Shown one piece after another: positions 46,701 through 57,070 of a stretch of 64,000 bases of DNA. Both the position numbers and the translations under genes were made by a program. The DNA lies in the NCBI GenBank assembly GCA_043803745.1, contig JAZDJS010000049.1:1-64000 (forward strand). The letters are read 5' to 3'. Positions within the stretch are counted from its first letter, which is position 1. Each line of letters begins with the position of its first letter. This DNA comes from an archaeon (GTDB lineage: Archaea; SpSt-1190; DYHY01). The notes beneath the pieces were generated by a model that was not told the origin of the DNA, did not search any database, and worked only from the letters and a program-made list of their open reading frames with translations.

Positions 46701-49072
46701 CAGGATTTCCTCCAAAGCATTATCTTTATCGACCCGCCCCTTCCGGTTCCCGGATTGAACGCGAAAATCTGGGAAACCGTCGCGTCTGTCGCAGGCGAAA
46801 CTTCCCGGTCGGAGTATCCGGGGTTGTCCGGCGGGGAAACCCAGTATGTGCTTCCGGAATGGCGCGATTCTCCGAAATCAACGTATGCCTCAGCAATCGT
46901 GTTGTTCCCCAGGGAAACGGGATAAAACGGGATGGCGCCCCCGTAGGGAATTCCCTCCGCAACCAGGCTGCTTGCCGGGAAAGGAACATCCTCTCTCGAG
47001 AAAATTATCTCCCGGATTCCGACGCGTCCTCCCGGAACAAACGCGCGGAAGGAAATAGTGTCGCCGGACGAAAAGTCCGCCCGCTCGATTGACGAGGTTT
47101 CCGGATTCAGGACGAAAACCCGTCCGGGAACGTAGGGGATTCCCGCCTGCGAAAGGTTAAGGGAGACCTCGAAGGTCCGGTCGCCCAGACCCCAGTTCTC
47201 AATTGTTATCGGCGCCGACTCGAAGCCCTCCTGCAGAGGAACGTCTATCTCCTCAAGGGCAATCGACTGGATTGTGGCGTTTGTCTGGTTGACTGCGCAA
47301 AGGAAACTGTTGGCTCCCTGCGAGAAGAACGCCGAGGGAAGAGAGAAAATCTTCTCAACGAACCTGTCCTCGGAGATCGAAGAAAACCCGGGGATTACTA
47401 GGCCGGAGAATACCAGGTTGCTCGAAAGGTTGCAGGAAAGCTCGACCGTTATGTTGAACCGCTTCCGTATCGTGAAGTTCGCGATTACGAGTCCCGGAGC
47501 ATCCGGAAGGAACTCGTTGATGAAGGGTATTTCGGTCTGCGTCGTGAGTATGCTTGCCGACGAGGAGTCTATTTCCTTCTTTTCGTTCCCGAAAAATCCG
47601 GCGGGCCTAAGATCCCTTGCGGTTGCTGATTCGCCGAATGTGAAAAGGGTCGCAGTCTCAATCGGAGTCTGCGCAGAGTAGGAGCCGACCGTTATCGGCT
47701 CGTCAGGATAGAGAAGGGTTCCGTTGAAGGAAAAGCTTTTCTGCCGCTCCGGGAAAACCCCGACCTTTGAAGACGCCCCGTCCGAGAAAAGGAGCCCCTT
47801 CTTCAGGGCCGTCCCGGCTGGGGAGGAAGGCCAGGAATCGACAAGGAGGAAATCTCTCGGGAATGTTATTGAATCAAGCCGGGGCGCATAGCTCCCCCCA
47901 TCCGAAAGCCTCAGCCGCCTTTGCACCAGCAGCCTGCCGTCGTCGAAAAGGGTCGCGGAATATTCTATTTTCCCGTCGCTTCCCGAAATCTGCCAGTTGG
48001 CAGTCACCCTTCCGACCGCCCTCGTCGAATTCACAAGATGGGGTGCGGTCGAAACCGCAAGGGAACTTCCAGGAAGCTCCGGAATCCCCTCAAGAACGAG
48101 CCCCCCAGTTGCGTTCAGGACCTTGTAAGTTCCGAAGGTTTTGTCGATCTGGACCGAATAGTTCTCGGATTGCAGCGTGAAAAGGAACGCGCTTTCTTGG
48201 AAGGAAAGGTTCGACTCGCGGGACCTCGGAGAAACCGGATAGCCTATCCTCGAGACAACGAAAACGGTTTTCCTCTCGGCTGGCGGAACGAAGGTGACTG
48301 TCGCGCGCGGAGCCTGCTCAATTGCCCGCGTGAGTATCCGCACGTCCTGACCTGAAACGTCGCGCTCGGTCCATACGGGCCTGACAATCCTCGGGTTCTG
48401 CTCCCCGGTGGAGAAGTAAACATACCCGTGGATTGCCTCGCCAGCCCCGATTGTTGCGTTGAACAGCAGGGTCGGGACGAGAGTCCCGTTCGTTTCCTGG
48501 ATGTTGTGGAGGATGAATGAGGTCCGCGCGCCCCGGGCAAAAAGATCGAGCGAGGAAACCGAAGGAACATCAACGGTCCCGTCGCCGTTTGAATCGAGCT
48601 TCGGAAGGGTCACGGTCAAATACACCGGAGCGTCCATGATTTCGCCGCCGAGGTTCTGGACTGCGAAGGGCACCCGGTAAAAATTGAATGAAATTGACGA
48701 AGGGTATTCCGTCGAGGAAAGGTCGGTTACGAATATGTCCGTTGAGTTGATGATTGCGGGAAAATCGACGTAAACCGTCTGGGGATTCTCAAGCGGGTTC
48801 GCCGAAATTGGCGTGAAGAAATCCCCGAAAACCTTGTAGGAAAAGCTTGAGGGGACTGCATAGGAGATGAACTGGTCGAACGAGTAGAAATCGGAAAGGG
48901 CGAGGCTGTTCACCGATTCGGAATATGCCGAAAGAACGTCGTATCCGACCTGTTTTGCCACTGAGGTGCTCCTGTCCCCCGTATCCCAGTTTATGAACGC
49001 CTGGAAAGTCGCGATGACCATCACTATTGCTATCAGGGACTCGACAGCCCGAAGGAAGGATTTCCTGCCCAT
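46700..49072 (-). CDS. Large pilin-like/adhesin surface protein
   Basis: MGRKS-FLRAVESLIAIVMV followed by beta-rich 790-aa body. Confidence 0.65.
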   Translation of the reverse strand: MGRKSFLRAVESLIAIVMVIATFQAFINWDTGDRSTSVAKQVGYDVLSAYSESVNSLALSDFYSFDQFISYAVPSSFSYKVFGDFFTPISANPLENPQTVYVDFPAIINSTDIFVTDLSSTEYPSSISFNFYRVPFAVQNLGGEIMDAPVYLTVTLPKLDSNGDGTVDVPSVSSLDLFARGARTSFILHNIQETNGTLVPTLLFNATIGAGEAIHGYVYFSTGEQNPRIVRPVWTERDVSGQDVRILTRAIEQAPRATVTFVPPAERKTVFVVSRIGYPVSPRSRESNLSFQESAFLFTLQSENYSVQIDKTFGTYKVLNATGGLVLEGIPELPGSSLAVSTAPHLVNSTRAVGRVTANWQISGSDGKIEYSATLFDDGRLLVQRRLRLSDGGSYAPRLDSITFPRDFLLVDSWPSSPAGTALKKGLLFSDGASSKVGVFPERQKSFSFNGTLLYPDEPITVGSYSAQTPIETATLFTFGESATARDLRPAGFFGNEKKEIDSSSASILTTQTEIPFINEFLPDAPGLVIANFTIRKRFNITVELSCNLSSNLVFSGLVIPGFSSISEDRFVEKIFSLPSAFFSQGANSFLCAVNQTNATIQSIALEEIDVPLQEGFESAPITIENWGLGDRTFEVSLNLSQAGIPYVPGRVFVLNPETSSIERADFSSGDTISFRAFVPGGRVGIREIIFSREDVPFPASSLVAEGIPYGGAIPFYPVSLGNNTIAEAYVDFGESRHSGSTYWVSPPDNPGYSDREVSPATDATVSQIFAFNPGTGRGGSIKIMLWRKS

Positions 49073-49726
49073 CTAGCTAGAAACGACCCCCACGGATATT
49101 TCGCGCGTACCGTAAAGCCGCTCAACCTTGTCATATGAGAAAATGAACAGGGTGTAGACCCCCTCCCCGGCCGGGACAAGGGAAACCCGTCCGGAAGGGT
49201 CAGTCTCCCGGGAGTCGATCAGACTGTCCGAGGAATTGACGAGAAGGGCATATGTCCTTCCCGACGGGATTCTCCCGTCGAACGCCCTCGGAATGATCGT
49301 TACGTTGATCGGAGTCGAGTTTGAGAACGTGTCGAAGGAGAACGCGGCTTCCCCGGGGGCCTTTGCAAGAGGGTTCTCGAAATATGTTCCGATTACAATC
49401 GAAGGAAGGAAAGAAATCCGGAAGTTGTAATCCTCCTTGATTCTCACCCGCTCGCGGAGGGCGGAATAATTCCCTTCCGGGATTTCCATCAGCTTCGTGT
49501 AGTTGAGACTTCCGTCGCCTTCGGCGAATCCGTTCGAGCTGCTCGCGGAAAGCTCGGTCACGACCTTCTGGGCCTTCGTTTCAAGGAGCGCGGTTTTCGC
49601 GGAATCGCTGACGCTGAGATAGCCGCGGAAGACCGCGGAAACCACGAGCATCGTGGCGAACAGGAAAATCATCGCTGATGCGACGAACTCGATTGCAAGC
49701 TGAGCTGAGCGCGACCGCCTCACCAA
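49073..49726 (-). CDS. Pilin-like protein (class III signal peptide)
   Basis: RSAQ-LAIEFVASAMIF. Confidence 0.7.
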   Translation of the reverse strand: MVRRSRSAQLAIEFVASAMIFLFATMLVVSAVFRGYLSVSDSAKTALLETKAQKVVTELSASSSNGFAEGDGSLNYTKLMEIPEGNYSALRERVRIKEDYNFRISFLPSIVIGTYFENPLAKAPGEAAFSFDTFSNSTPINVTIIPRAFDGRIPSGRTYALLVNSSDSLIDSRETDPSGRVSLVPAGEGVYTLFIFSYDKVERLYGTREISVGVVSS

Positions 49727-50253
49727 ACCAGGACGGATACCTCCACGGGCAGCTTTCTTCCTGCAGAGGGAAGCTCGACGACCGTCTGCCTAATCGCCTT
49801 TGTTGCAACGACGGAGGGCGGCACATCCCTTCCGCGGAAATAGAATTCCCCGGGGACCGGAAAGAAGCGCACGGTCCGGTTTTCGATGCCGCCGATTTCA
49901 ACCCAGATTGTGTGATTCTCAAAGGAAACGTCCTCCGGAATCCCCTCGGTTGAAAGGTAGAATGTCGCACGCTTGGTCAGCCCGACGAACCCGCCTCCGT
50001 TCCAGTTCCGGCTGTCGGAGTAGAGGGAAAAGAACGGCGCGAGGGCTTCGTTGGAAAAGTAAAGCCTTACGGGAACGTTCTCCCCTGCGAAGGAGGGGGT
50101 TACCTCGAACGCGGTCTGGGAAATGTCCCCGACCCTGCCGACAAGATATCCGGATGAACGGGTTTCGGCGCCTCTTGAAACGGCTGCCGAAAGGAAAATC
50201 GCGAGCAGAAAGACGATGACGAAGAGGGCGGGCCTCCTCTCTCCGGCTGCCAA
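49720..50253 (-). CDS. Secreted hypothetical protein in pilus locus
   Basis: N-terminal hydrophobic segment; coupled to neighbours. Confidence 0.6.
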   Translation of the reverse strand: MAAGERRPALFVIVFLLAIFLSAAVSRGAETRSSGYLVGRVGDISQTAFEVTPSFAGENVPVRLYFSNEALAPFFSLYSDSRNWNGGGFVGLTKRATFYLSTEGIPEDVSFENHTIWVEIGGIENRTVRFFPVPGEFYFRGRDVPPSVVATKAIRQTVVELPSAGRKLPVEVSVLVW

Positions 50254-50254
50254 C

Positions 50255-51457
50255 TCAACGGCTCACCAGCACGCTTATTGTTTTCGTAAGCGGTTTGTTC
50301 GAGCCTCCCGGCTCAAGGGTCACGTCAACCTTGTATTTTCCGGGCAGCGCGGGAACTTTGAGCTTGTACTCGATCTGGCCGCTCTGCTGGGTCGTTGTCT
50401 CATACCGTACCCCGTCTATCACTATGATCACCCGGCCGCCCAAGACGGGGGTGCCGTCCGCGAAGAAGGCGGATCCCTGCAGCGTGTAGAACGCGGCAGG
50501 CCTCGTCTGGGTTTCGGATTCGTTTATGTCGAGGAGGAGCGCCTGCGGCGGAAGAGCGACCATGAAAATCGCGACCCCGATAAGAAGCATTATCGCGGCG
50601 TGCTTTATTCCGGCGACGACCCTTCCCTCGCCAAGCTGCCCGGCAAGAAGCCCGTTGAAAACGGCCTGGATTATCACCATTGAGAAGAACATCTTCCGGT
50701 AGTAGGACGGCCCGAACTGGGAGGACGTTCCCCCGCCGCTTCCGAAAAGCCCGCCTCCTCCTGCGGAAAGATTCATCGCGAAAAGGGGTCCCAAAATCTT
50801 CTGGAGGACTATGACCATCCCCAGGAAGATGAAGAAAATCACATACATCACGAGGACCTGCTGAGCCAGCTTGTTCTGCCTATCCGCCTCAAGATCCTTT
50901 ACGAGCACGGCATTGCTTGCAACCGAGGACATTGCCTCCGCGATGTCTCCGCCGGATTCGAAGGCTTCCATCACGACGGTAACAGTGTGCTTGATGAAAT
51001 CGGAGCGGCTCATCCGGTCCTCGAACATCCGGATTACCTTCGGGAACGGGACGCCCCAGGAAAGCTGGGCGGACATCTTCTGTATTTCCGGAGAGAGGGC
51101 GCCATAGTCGACGTCCCTTGCCTGGAGTATTGCATCGATAAGGGTTATCCCCGATTTCTGGGCTTCCGCAAGGGAACGGAGAAAGTCCGGGAACTTGTCC
51201 TCGATTGCCTTTGTCCGCTTGTAATCATAGTACTGGTAGAAAAGATGCGGCGCCGCGCCGATTCCGAACACGAACGGAAGGTACTGGACCGATGTCGGGA
51301 CATCGAAGCCGTTGATGTAAAAGTCGATGAACAGCAGGGCGATTGCAAGGACCCCGGAGAAATACATCACCTTGTGCTTTGTATCGGTTACCCTGCCGAG
51401 GACTATTTGGAGGTCGCTTGGCTTCTTAATTCTCGCTTCGTCTTCGGTTTTTTCCAT
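50255..51457 (-). CDS. Type II secretion system F/TadC-like platform protein with extra C-terminal Ig-like domain
   Basis: IEDKFPDFLRSL, DYGALS.E, LSWG, ESGG, GL.AG..GEG...AG.KH. Confidence 0.85.
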   Translation of the reverse strand: MEKTEDEARIKKPSDLQIVLGRVTDTKHKVMYFSGVLAIALLFIDFYINGFDVPTSVQYLPFVFGIGAAPHLFYQYYDYKRTKAIEDKFPDFLRSLAEAQKSGITLIDAILQARDVDYGALSPEIQKMSAQLSWGVPFPKVIRMFEDRMSRSDFIKHTVTVVMEAFESGGDIAEAMSSVASNAVLVKDLEADRQNKLAQQVLVMYVIFFIFLGMVIVLQKILGPLFAMNLSAGGGGLFGSGGGTSSQFGPSYYRKMFFSMVIIQAVFNGLLAGQLGEGRVVAGIKHAAIMLLIGVAIFMVALPPQALLLDINESETQTRPAAFYTLQGSAFFADGTPVLGGRVIIVIDGVRYETTTQQSGQIEYKLKVPALPGKYKVDVTLEPGGSNKPLTKTISVLVSR

Positions 51458-51481
51458 TTTGTTCCCTCCTCTTTTGCTGGT

Positions 51482-52360
51482 TCAGGTCGGCGAAATCATC
51501 GAAATCAGGAGCATGAAACCGACCGAGATCATCGGCAGGACCGCGTAAATGACAATGTTCTGTATCATCACCATCGCTGTCCCGGTCGTCCCTATCATGT
51601 TCATTATGGTCGACATTATTATGAAGAAGATGCTTCCGACAATAACCGCCGTTATGTAAAGCTCCGTGAAAAGCGAGAGCTCCTCGACGTAGTTGTCGAT
51701 GTTCCGCCGGTAGTTCTGCATGTAGCCCTTGCCCTTCTCAATCAGGAACGAACGCAAATCCCCCCCGGTCACCAGGGTCGACCTCATCCCCCAGAGGAGC
51801 CCCTTCAGCTCCTCGGACGGGGTCCGGTCGGCTGCCCGTGAAAGGGCTGTTGCGATGTCGGTGCCGAAAAGCTCGGTGTCGGCAATTATCCCCCGGGCCT
51901 CCCTCGAGATTTCCCCGTATTCCGGGAAGTCGGCAAGTATCTTGAAGATCGCGTCCGTCGTCATCCCGGTTCCCGCGAGGGTCGAAAGGTAGATTGTCGC
52001 GAAGGGAAGGGCGTTCTCGATCGATTTCTTCATCGATTCGGCCTTGATCGTCGGATAGAAGTACAGCAGGGAAAGGATCAGCGCGGCGGTCGTTACGCCG
52101 ACCAGGAAGGTGACGCCGACGGTCGTGGAAATCGGAAGCCCGAGCGCAATGCAGAGAACGAAGGCCATCGGGGCTGTCATGAGCGGGGTCAGCACCCCTG
52201 TTAGGAGGCCGGATGAAACGAACTCGTCAACTGACATCCGTATCCCCGCCTTGCGCAAGTCCTCCTTGAGCGGCGCGAAAATTACCGAGTTTGAATCGAC
52301 GAACCCGCCGAAAACGGCAAGGGACATCTTAGTGTATGGGTCTACGTCCGCTATTGCCAT
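51482..52360 (-). CDS. Type II secretion system F/TadC-like platform protein
   Basis: YP......IENALPFA, EYGEIS.E, RTPS, TGGDL. Confidence 0.85.
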   Translation of the reverse strand: MAIADVDPYTKMSLAVFGGFVDSNSVIFAPLKEDLRKAGIRMSVDEFVSSGLLTGVLTPLMTAPMAFVLCIALGLPISTTVGVTFLVGVTTAALILSLLYFYPTIKAESMKKSIENALPFATIYLSTLAGTGMTTDAIFKILADFPEYGEISREARGIIADTELFGTDIATALSRAADRTPSEELKGLLWGMRSTLVTGGDLRSFLIEKGKGYMQNYRRNIDNYVEELSLFTELYITAVIVGSIFFIIMSTIMNMIGTTGTAMVMIQNIVIYAVLPMISVGFMLLISMISPT

Positions 52361-52363
52361 GAA

Positions 52364-54262
52364 CTACTTCTTTTCCGCCCCCGGGACAATCTTTCCTGGC
52401 ACCGGCTCATGGAGCTCCCTTGAAACCATCTGCATCATTTCAGCCGGATTCGTGTAATACTTTGCAACATAGCTTGCGAACAGGCGGTAATCCTTGACGT
52501 GCTTCAGTTTCAGCCATTCGAGAAGCTTTGCGCGCCGCGCGATTTCCGAAAGGATGCTTGCCTCGGTAATCCCCCTGAAATGGGCGAGCTTCTCAAGGAT
52601 TATGCTCGGATCCTTCGGGACGATCTTGTCCTCGATTGCGTTCCACTCGAAAACTGTGTTGCTTTTCAGGGTTCCGTCCTTCAGCATGACCTTCCTGATC
52701 TCGACAATCTGGCTCGCCCTGCGGACATACTGCCCCTTCAGTTTCGTCCGCACTATGAATATTATCGCATCGAGGTTCTCGAGCATTGCCGGTGAAAGCG
52801 AAATCGGCGGGGTTACGAGGCGGTCGACCACCTTCTGCACGTTGTCGGCGTGGAGCGTCCCGAGGGCGGGGTGCCCGGTTGCCATTCCCTGGAACATTAC
52901 GTTGGCTTCCGCGCCCCTGACTTCCCCGACGATTATGTAGTCCGGTCTCTGACGGAGCGACGCCTTCAGGAGGTCGAACATCTCAACGGAGCCATATCTT
53001 TTCTCGCTTGAGACTGCCCGGGCGACCTGGGGAATCCAGTTCGGGTGAGGCAACTGGAGTTCGGCAGTGTCCTCGATTGAAACTATCTTCTTCGTCGGCT
53101 GGATGAAAAGTGAAATCGCGTTGAGCGCGGTGGTCTTCCCCGTTGCGGTCGCCCCGGAAACCAGGATTGACTTGCCCTGTTCGATAAGGAACCAGATGTA
53201 CGCAAGAGCGAGAGTCGAAAGGGTCCCCATTTCAATAAGGTCGACCGGCGTGAAGGGCCTCTCGGAGAATTTCCGTATCGTGAAATTGCTTCCCCTGCGC
53301 GCGATGTCCGAGCCAAGGGTTGCCTGGAGACGGCTTCCGTCGGGGAGGGTTGCGTCGAGAAGCGGGGTTGCGACCGAAATCGCCCTGCGGCACCTCTGCG
53401 CAAGCTTGACGGCGAACGAGTCGAGCTCGGCTTTCGTCTTGAACGTGATGTTTGTCCGCATTTCCCCGTATTCCGGGTTCCGGTGGACGATGTATGCGGG
53501 GATGCCCACCCCGTCACAGGAAATGTCCTCGATTTGCGGGTCGTGCATCAGCGGCTCTATCTCGTTGAGCCCGACGAAATCCCTGAATAGGTAATATTCG
53601 AACCGCGCCCTCTGCTCCTCGCTAAGCTTGATGTTGAAAAGCTCGACAATCCTGTAGAAATTCTCCTTGAGATATGCGAACTGGCTTGTCTGGGAGACTG
53701 CGGCGAAGTCGATGTCAAGCTTCTCCTCGAGTTTCTTCTCTATTTTCCTGAGGAGCTCATTCTCCTCGGGGCTTATCTGGGGCTCGATCACCTGATAGAT
53801 GAGGCACTGCTCCTCGGGGCTCCAGAAAATCTGGACGTATGAGAAAACCTGACCTGTCTCGGATGCGATGAGCGGATAGGATTCCCTTATGTTCGCCTTG
53901 CTTTTCTCCTTCCATTCCGCGGAAACGGGGGCGCTTGTTTCCCCGGCAAGCCCCTCGTGAAGCAGGAATCCCTTGAATTTCGAATCCTCGTCTTCGTCCT
54001 CATCCTTCTTCTCCCGTTCGAATCCGTCAATGTGAAGCGTCTGGGAGAATGGATATGCCTGCTGCGGCGAGGTGACGTTCACGTTTATCCTCTGGCCGGA
54101 AGCGGCGCCGGCCGCAAGAAACCGCCTTGCAAGGACGCGGTTCCGCATTTTGGAAATCGCGCCTCTCACAATTGCCGAAGAGGTTATCGATCCGGGGCGG
54201 GCCGGCTGCCTGAGGAGGCGCTTTCTCATTAGTTTCTTTTTGTTTATTGGCATTGGGATCAT
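52364..54262 (-). CDS. Type II/IV secretion ATPase (VirB11/FlaI/CpaF-like)
   Basis: D..IEDISCDG, FTIRKF, GATATGKT, SIEDTAEL, LRQRPDYIIVGEVRG, TLHA. Confidence 0.93.
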   Translation of the reverse strand: MIPMPINKKKLMRKRLLRQPARPGSITSSAIVRGAISKMRNRVLARRFLAAGAASGQRINVNVTSPQQAYPFSQTLHIDGFEREKKDEDEDEDSKFKGFLLHEGLAGETSAPVSAEWKEKSKANIRESYPLIASETGQVFSYVQIFWSPEEQCLIYQVIEPQISPEENELLRKIEKKLEEKLDIDFAAVSQTSQFAYLKENFYRIVELFNIKLSEEQRARFEYYLFRDFVGLNEIEPLMHDPQIEDISCDGVGIPAYIVHRNPEYGEMRTNITFKTKAELDSFAVKLAQRCRRAISVATPLLDATLPDGSRLQATLGSDIARRGSNFTIRKFSERPFTPVDLIEMGTLSTLALAYIWFLIEQGKSILVSGATATGKTTALNAISLFIQPTKKIVSIEDTAELQLPHPNWIPQVARAVSSEKRYGSVEMFDLLKASLRQRPDYIIVGEVRGAEANVMFQGMATGHPALGTLHADNVQKVVDRLVTPPISLSPAMLENLDAIIFIVRTKLKGQYVRRASQIVEIRKVMLKDGTLKSNTVFEWNAIEDKIVPKDPSIILEKLAHFRGITEASILSEIARRAKLLEWLKLKHVKDYRLFASYVAKYYTNPAEMMQMVSRELHEPVPGKIVPGAEKK

Positions 54263-54271
54263 TCCTTGTTC

Positions 54272-54979
54272 TTATCCTACCGAGAGCGCAAGATTCATCC
54301 TGTCATTGCTATTATATGTTACTGCCGCAAGTTCCGCCGAGGAGCCGAATATTTCCCCTAGGACGCTGCGGGAAAGCTTCACCGGGTAATATGCAACCTT
54401 CCCGCCCGCGAAAGCCCTTACGCAGGAAGGAGGGTCGTTCCCGATCCGGCAGGACGAGTCGTTGGCCTTTGAGAAGGAAATCTCATATGACGCTCCCGAA
54501 AGCTCCCTCGGGAAGCGCAGGAAAAGGGTGAAGTTGGATTCAGGATTCCGGTCTGCGAGGATGTCCGCCTGGGCAAGGGCAAACGCAAGGTCGCTTGCAG
54601 CGGCGGAAAGGCTGTTCTTTATTTCCGAATCCTTGATTCCCTCGGAGATTTTCCCGAACATCATTGCGACAAGCGTGAGAATCATGAAAGCCGAGAGGGA
54701 GAGGAGGGAGAATTCGATAATTTCCTTTTGTGCGCGGCGAGCCTGCCGGCATATTTGCGCACAAAAGACTTCGCTCCGCTCAGCCTTCTGAGCCCGCCGA
54801 TACCCGAATCCTATTGGGCTCAGAAACTTCCGCTTCGCTGCAGCTTTTTGGACTCTGCCCAAAAAACCTCGCTGATGCTCGGCCTTCTGGCGTTTCAGTC
54901 CAGGAAATTCCGCCAGATTTCTCCAGTGCTGAAGCACGGACCCTCTAAGGAGGGGCTGAAGCTCAACCTTCTTTCTCAT
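54272..54979 (-). CDS. Pilin-like protein with repeat-derived N-terminal extension
   Basis: RRAQ-KEIIEFSLLSL..F hydrophobic segment after ~80 aa of repeat-encoded sequence. Confidence 0.6.
   Translation of the reverse strand: MRKKVELQPLLRGSVLQHWRNLAEFPGLKRQKAEHQRGFLGRVQKAAAKRKFLSPIGFGYRRAQKAERSEVFCAQICRQARRAQKEIIEFSLLSLSAFMILTLVAMMFGKISEGIKDSEIKNSLSAAASDLAFALAQADILADRNPESNFTLFLRFPRELSGASYEISFSKANDSSCRIGNDPPSCVRAFAGGKVAYYPVKLSRSVLGEIFGSSAELAAVTYNSNDRMNLALSVG
54725..54970. repeat. Array of REP-like hairpin units
   Basis: Stems CTTTTGTGCGC/GCGCACAAAAG, TTCTGAGCCC/GGGCTCAGAA, TTTTTGG/CCAAAAA, TCTGGCG/CGCCAGA separated by ACYTCGC..GCTCRGC linkers. Confidence 0.8.
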
Positions 54980-55100
54980 TCTGGCTGTGTAACGTAACTC
55001 AGTGAATATAAACCTTTTTGGGGCCCTTCGGAATTTAGATTGCTGTTGTTGTTGCGGATTGAATCCTCAGTCTTTCCGGGTGGGGGCGGGAAATTTGGGA

Positions 55101-55862
55101 TTAGTTTGTATCAACTGAGCCCCTGTCGGGGACGGCCTTAGCGGCAGCTGCTTTTTTGGACTCCGCTTCGGCGCGCGCCTCAGGGTCCCCGTATGCAGCG
55201 GCAAGGCGGCTGCTCAGTTCAGTCTTTTTCTCATATGTCATCCTGAAAACCTCATCCGCAAGCCCCAGGAGGCCGGCGTAGATTGTCACGCGGTCAGTCT
55301 CGGAAATTCCCGTGGGAACATCGGCGCGCACGCTAAGATTCCCGTTCAGAAGGCATACTGTATAGGGATTCAGGGAATTTTCGCCATATGCGAATTGGCC
55401 GACAACCAGAGACAGACTTGGAGCGGGTTTGTCATAATTAGACTCAGACCTAGTTATTGACCTAGTTATTGCAGTTATTAGTATTCCTGCCTTTACGTCT
55501 GCAAGAGCAAGTCCGCCTGAAACATATTCGCCGCCCTTGAAAAACGCTGAGGGAAGTCCTCCAAGAACTCTGTTTTTGGCAAGCTCTTCGAACGCTTCGT
55601 AAATCGCTTGATATTGCAGGGTTTCCCCAGACACGTCCGGGTAAAAAGGCGTTTCCATGCGGAATGGGTCAATATTGACCGTGATTTCGTGTTTCGTTAC
55701 AGCAAGCTCAGAATCATCGTCATCATACCTGAACGTTACGGTATGCTGCGGCGAGCCCTTGCTTACGCCATCCATTATCCCTGGAAGTGCTGCAGCAGTG
55801 CTCCTTATGCCATATGCCGTTCTCTCGTCTTGGTCGATTGCAACGCTTGTCAGCTTTATCAT
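55101..55862 (-). CDS. Hypothetical protein (possible distant member of 58-60 kb paralog family)
   Basis: 253-aa ORF; NGNLSVRA....SETDRV.IYAGLLGL......Y. Confidence 0.6.
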   Translation of the reverse strand: MIKLTSVAIDQDERTAYGIRSTAAALPGIMDGVSKGSPQHTVTFRYDDDDSELAVTKHEITVNIDPFRMETPFYPDVSGETLQYQAIYEAFEELAKNRVLGGLPSAFFKGGEYVSGGLALADVKAGILITAITRSITRSESNYDKPAPSLSLVVGQFAYGENSLNPYTVCLLNGNLSVRADVPTGISETDRVTIYAGLLGLADEVFRMTYEKKTELSSRLAAAYGDPEARAEAESKKAAAAKAVPDRGSVDTN

Positions 55863-55930
55863 GTCTCAGACCAGGGAGTTTGGCTTTATAATATTATCTA
55901 CTGGGGAATGGTTTATTTCAGCTATCCGGC

Positions 55931-56851
55931 CTATTTCATCATAATCGAAATAGTTACTGTCCTTACCTTCCTTCCGGCAACAATCGAGAGCGTCGAACCC
56001 TCGTTCTTCAGTATTACCGAGAAGGTGCCCCTTGTTGTTACGCTCGTTCCCTCGGCGGGAACCGCCTTAATCACGAGCTGCTCGCTCCCGACCGGGTCGA
56101 AAATGTTCCTTGGCTTGAGCTTGAGGCGCGTCCTGAAAAGCTTGCCAATCGGTTCGGACTGGGCAAGGACTGCTCCGGGCTTGTCTTTTCCTAGGAGCCC
56201 CGTTCCGGTCTCGTATTTCTCGGAAACAACGCTTGCGTAATTGTTCGCATAGTCCGCGGCATCGAGGCGGAACTCGGTCCCCTCGACATTCGGGAAGAAT
56301 GTCCCGACAATCGAATATGACTGGCCAGTCCCAGGGAACTTTATTGAATTGTCCGGGCAGAGGCAGACTTCCTTCCCGTATATTTCGGGGGGCAGGTCAG
56401 TTGCGGAAGTGAAAGTCCCGTTCTTGCTGCAGGCAGTGTAGATTCCGCTTGCGCAGGTTCCGCTGGAAATCGGCTCGGCAAGGAGCCAGGCCTCCTTCTG
56501 GATGTACGGGGAAATCGAATCGTCGATCGTCGTCTCCCTCGGGGCGAAGAAGCGCATTTCAGTCGAGAGCGTGTAAGTAAGGACGTAGTTGTCGGTCTGG
56601 TCGGGCTCTATCTTCATTTCGCCCTTGTCAACCTGGACCGTTGTCGCTGACTGACCGCCCTCCCGGGCAACCCGCGCGAAATCGTTCGAAATCCGCCCGA
56701 AGGTCTGCTTCACATATTCTATCCTGTTGGCATCCCCGCTCTTTGAAATGAGGGGCATTCCCCATGTATATGCGGCTGCTATCGAGCCGAGAACTATTGC
56801 AACGAGGACAACTGTCCCGACGATTTCAGATTGGGAAGGTCTTTTAGCCAT
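55931..56851 (-). CDS. Pilin-like protein (class III signal peptide)
   Basis: KRPSQ-SEIVGTVVLVAIVLGSIAAAYTWG.PLI.K. Confidence 0.75.
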   Translation of the reverse strand: MAKRPSQSEIVGTVVLVAIVLGSIAAAYTWGMPLISKSGDANRIEYVKQTFGRISNDFARVAREGGQSATTVQVDKGEMKIEPDQTDNYVLTYTLSTEMRFFAPRETTIDDSISPYIQKEAWLLAEPISSGTCASGIYTACSKNGTFTSATDLPPEIYGKEVCLCPDNSIKFPGTGQSYSIVGTFFPNVEGTEFRLDAADYANNYASVVSEKYETGTGLLGKDKPGAVLAQSEPIGKLFRTRLKLKPRNIFDPVGSEQLVIKAVPAEGTSVTTRGTFSVILKNEGSTLSIVAGRKVRTVTISIMMK

Positions 56852-56890
56852 TCTGACAGTCCCTCGTCCCGCTCATTATTAATGTTTACT

Positions 56891-56976
56891 GAATCGCGAA
56901 CGCCTCGGCCTTTAGGCCGAGGTGAGATATCCCGCGATTCATGTCAAGCCCCGCCCTTCAGGGCGAGGTCTTTGAC
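56891..56976. mobile_element. IS200/IS605-family end remnant (non-autonomous, PATE/MITE-like)
   Basis: Hairpins CCTCGGCC-TTTA-GGCCGAGG and GTCAAGCCCCGCCC-TTCA-GGGCGAGGTCTTTGAC; no transposase. Confidence 0.7.
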
Positions 56977-57070
56977 CCGAAATTCCCGATGATTAATCAG
57001 TTAATGCAAATCGGGGGGGCCTGCCGGGCAGCCGAGCGGCTAAGAAACCAACCGAACCCGCAATCCGCAA

